Below, one piece after another: positions 63,228-64,000 of a stretch of 64,000 nucleotides of DNA. Each line of letters opens with the position of its first letter. Position 1 is the first letter of the stretch. The notes beneath the pieces were generated by a model. It made no database searches and had not been told where the DNA came from. It was given only the letters and a program-made list of their open reading frames with translations. This stretch comes from an uncultured Verrucomicrobiae bacterium. GTDB lineage: Bacteria > Verrucomicrobiota > Verrucomicrobiia > Chthoniobacterales > JAATET01. The DNA is taken from the NCBI GenBank assembly GCA_963719495.1, contig CAVRCI010000013.1:544001-608000 (forward strand), read 5' to 3'. Both the position numbers and the translations under genes were made by a program.

Positions 63228-63400
63228 CGGCGGCCCGCCGCTCTCGGCCGAGGTTCTCAAGCGGTTTCTCGGGCCTCATTTGCGATCCTAACCGTTTCCT
63301 GTTGCCGCCGTGTGAGGAAATAGGGACCATCCAAACACGCTATGAGAAGGAATCCGATGGTTGATCATCTGCCCTCCACGGCACGCCGGACCTTCGAATC

Positions 63401-64000
63401 ATGATCCGCTCACGGACGAAAGGGCTCTTCAACGCCTACATCCTGGCGGCCTCCCTCGCGCTCTTCGGCTCGTTCTGGCTGTATTTGATGGCTCTCGACC
63501 TGGTTCTCGGGATGGAGCTCGATTATTCGCGATATTTTTCCTACTCCCTCATCGCGCTCTTCGGCCTGTTGATCCACCTGTTTGGCATGGACCTCACGTC
63601 CACGAATCTCCTTACCCGGGACATCCTCCAGGCCTCCCGATTGGCGATCCGCCAGACCGTCAACGTTTTTGGAGCACTTTTGTTCATGTTCCTGATCACG
63701 AAGGATACGGGCATTTCTCGGCTGTTCCTGCTCACCTATCTCCCGGTTCTGGTGGTGAGCCTTTTCCTGATCAATGCCCTGGTTCCCCGCTGGCTTTGCC
63801 AGTTTTTCTTTTCGGGCCGACGGCTGACGCGCACGCTGCTGATCGGCCCGCCCAATCGGGTTCGCCACATTCAACGATGGTTGAAAGTGGTCGAAAACTA
63901 CGGCGTCGAAGCGGTCGGTCTCGTCACGTCGGCCCCGCGGAAATCGAGCTACGGACTTCCGATCGTCGGCCGGGTCGCCGATCTCCCCGCAATCCTTCGT
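63401..64000 (+). CDS. N-terminal part of a WcaJ-like polyprenyl-phosphate sugar transferase (truncated by the window edge; absent from the ORF track)
   Basis: ATG at 63401 (MIRSRTKGLFNAY...), about four TM helices, ISRLFL, then RTLLIG..AVGLV..LPIVGRVADL CoA-binding-like fold; open to the window end. Confidence 0.75.
   Translation, partial: MIRSRTKGLFNAYILAASLALFGSFWLYLMALDLVLGMELDYSRYFSYSLIALFGLLIHLFGMDLTSTNLLTRDILQASRLAIRQTVNVFGALLFMFLITKDTGISRLFLLTYLPVLVVSLFLINALVPRWLCQFFFSGRRLTRTLLIGPPNRVRHIQRWLKVVENYGVEAVGLVTSAPRKSSYGLPIVGRVADLPAILR

Overview
This is a GC-rich bacterial chromosomal window. The gene content and style (PEP-CTERM-like tail, SHD1-thioredoxin, DUF4394 proteins, many GGAG/GTAG-led REP-like hairpins) suggest Verrucomicrobiota/PVC, which is an inference. 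Housekeeping genes include sahR-like/metK/ahcY, recCBD, tRNA-Val(CAC), a SNF2 helicase, hscB/hscA-like genes, a DEAD-box helicase, mreBCD-mrdA-rng, leuB, trpF and the start of an EPS locus. The accessory left third has two blocks. The first is a translationally coupled three-gene operon: ABC-ATPase/TOPRIM (PARIS-like fusion), HipA-like kinase and DUF3037. The second is a ~9.3 kb integrase-free island between 33-bp direct repeats, carrying a YeeA/MmeI-like methyltransferase (two +1 frameshifts), an AlbA/RecG-like protein, a YeeB helicase, YeeC and a GIY-YIG/DUF4357 nuclease; it is joined to the sahR 3' end through a tandem pair of synonymously diverged gene-end copies. Two further oddities stand out: an AT-rich four-helix-bundle cassette framed by inverted heptamer arrays inside the metK-ahcY operon (with ORF-less relatives elsewhere), and two related long palindromes downstream of tRNA-Val. 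All family assignments come from reading motifs by eye; no searches were run.
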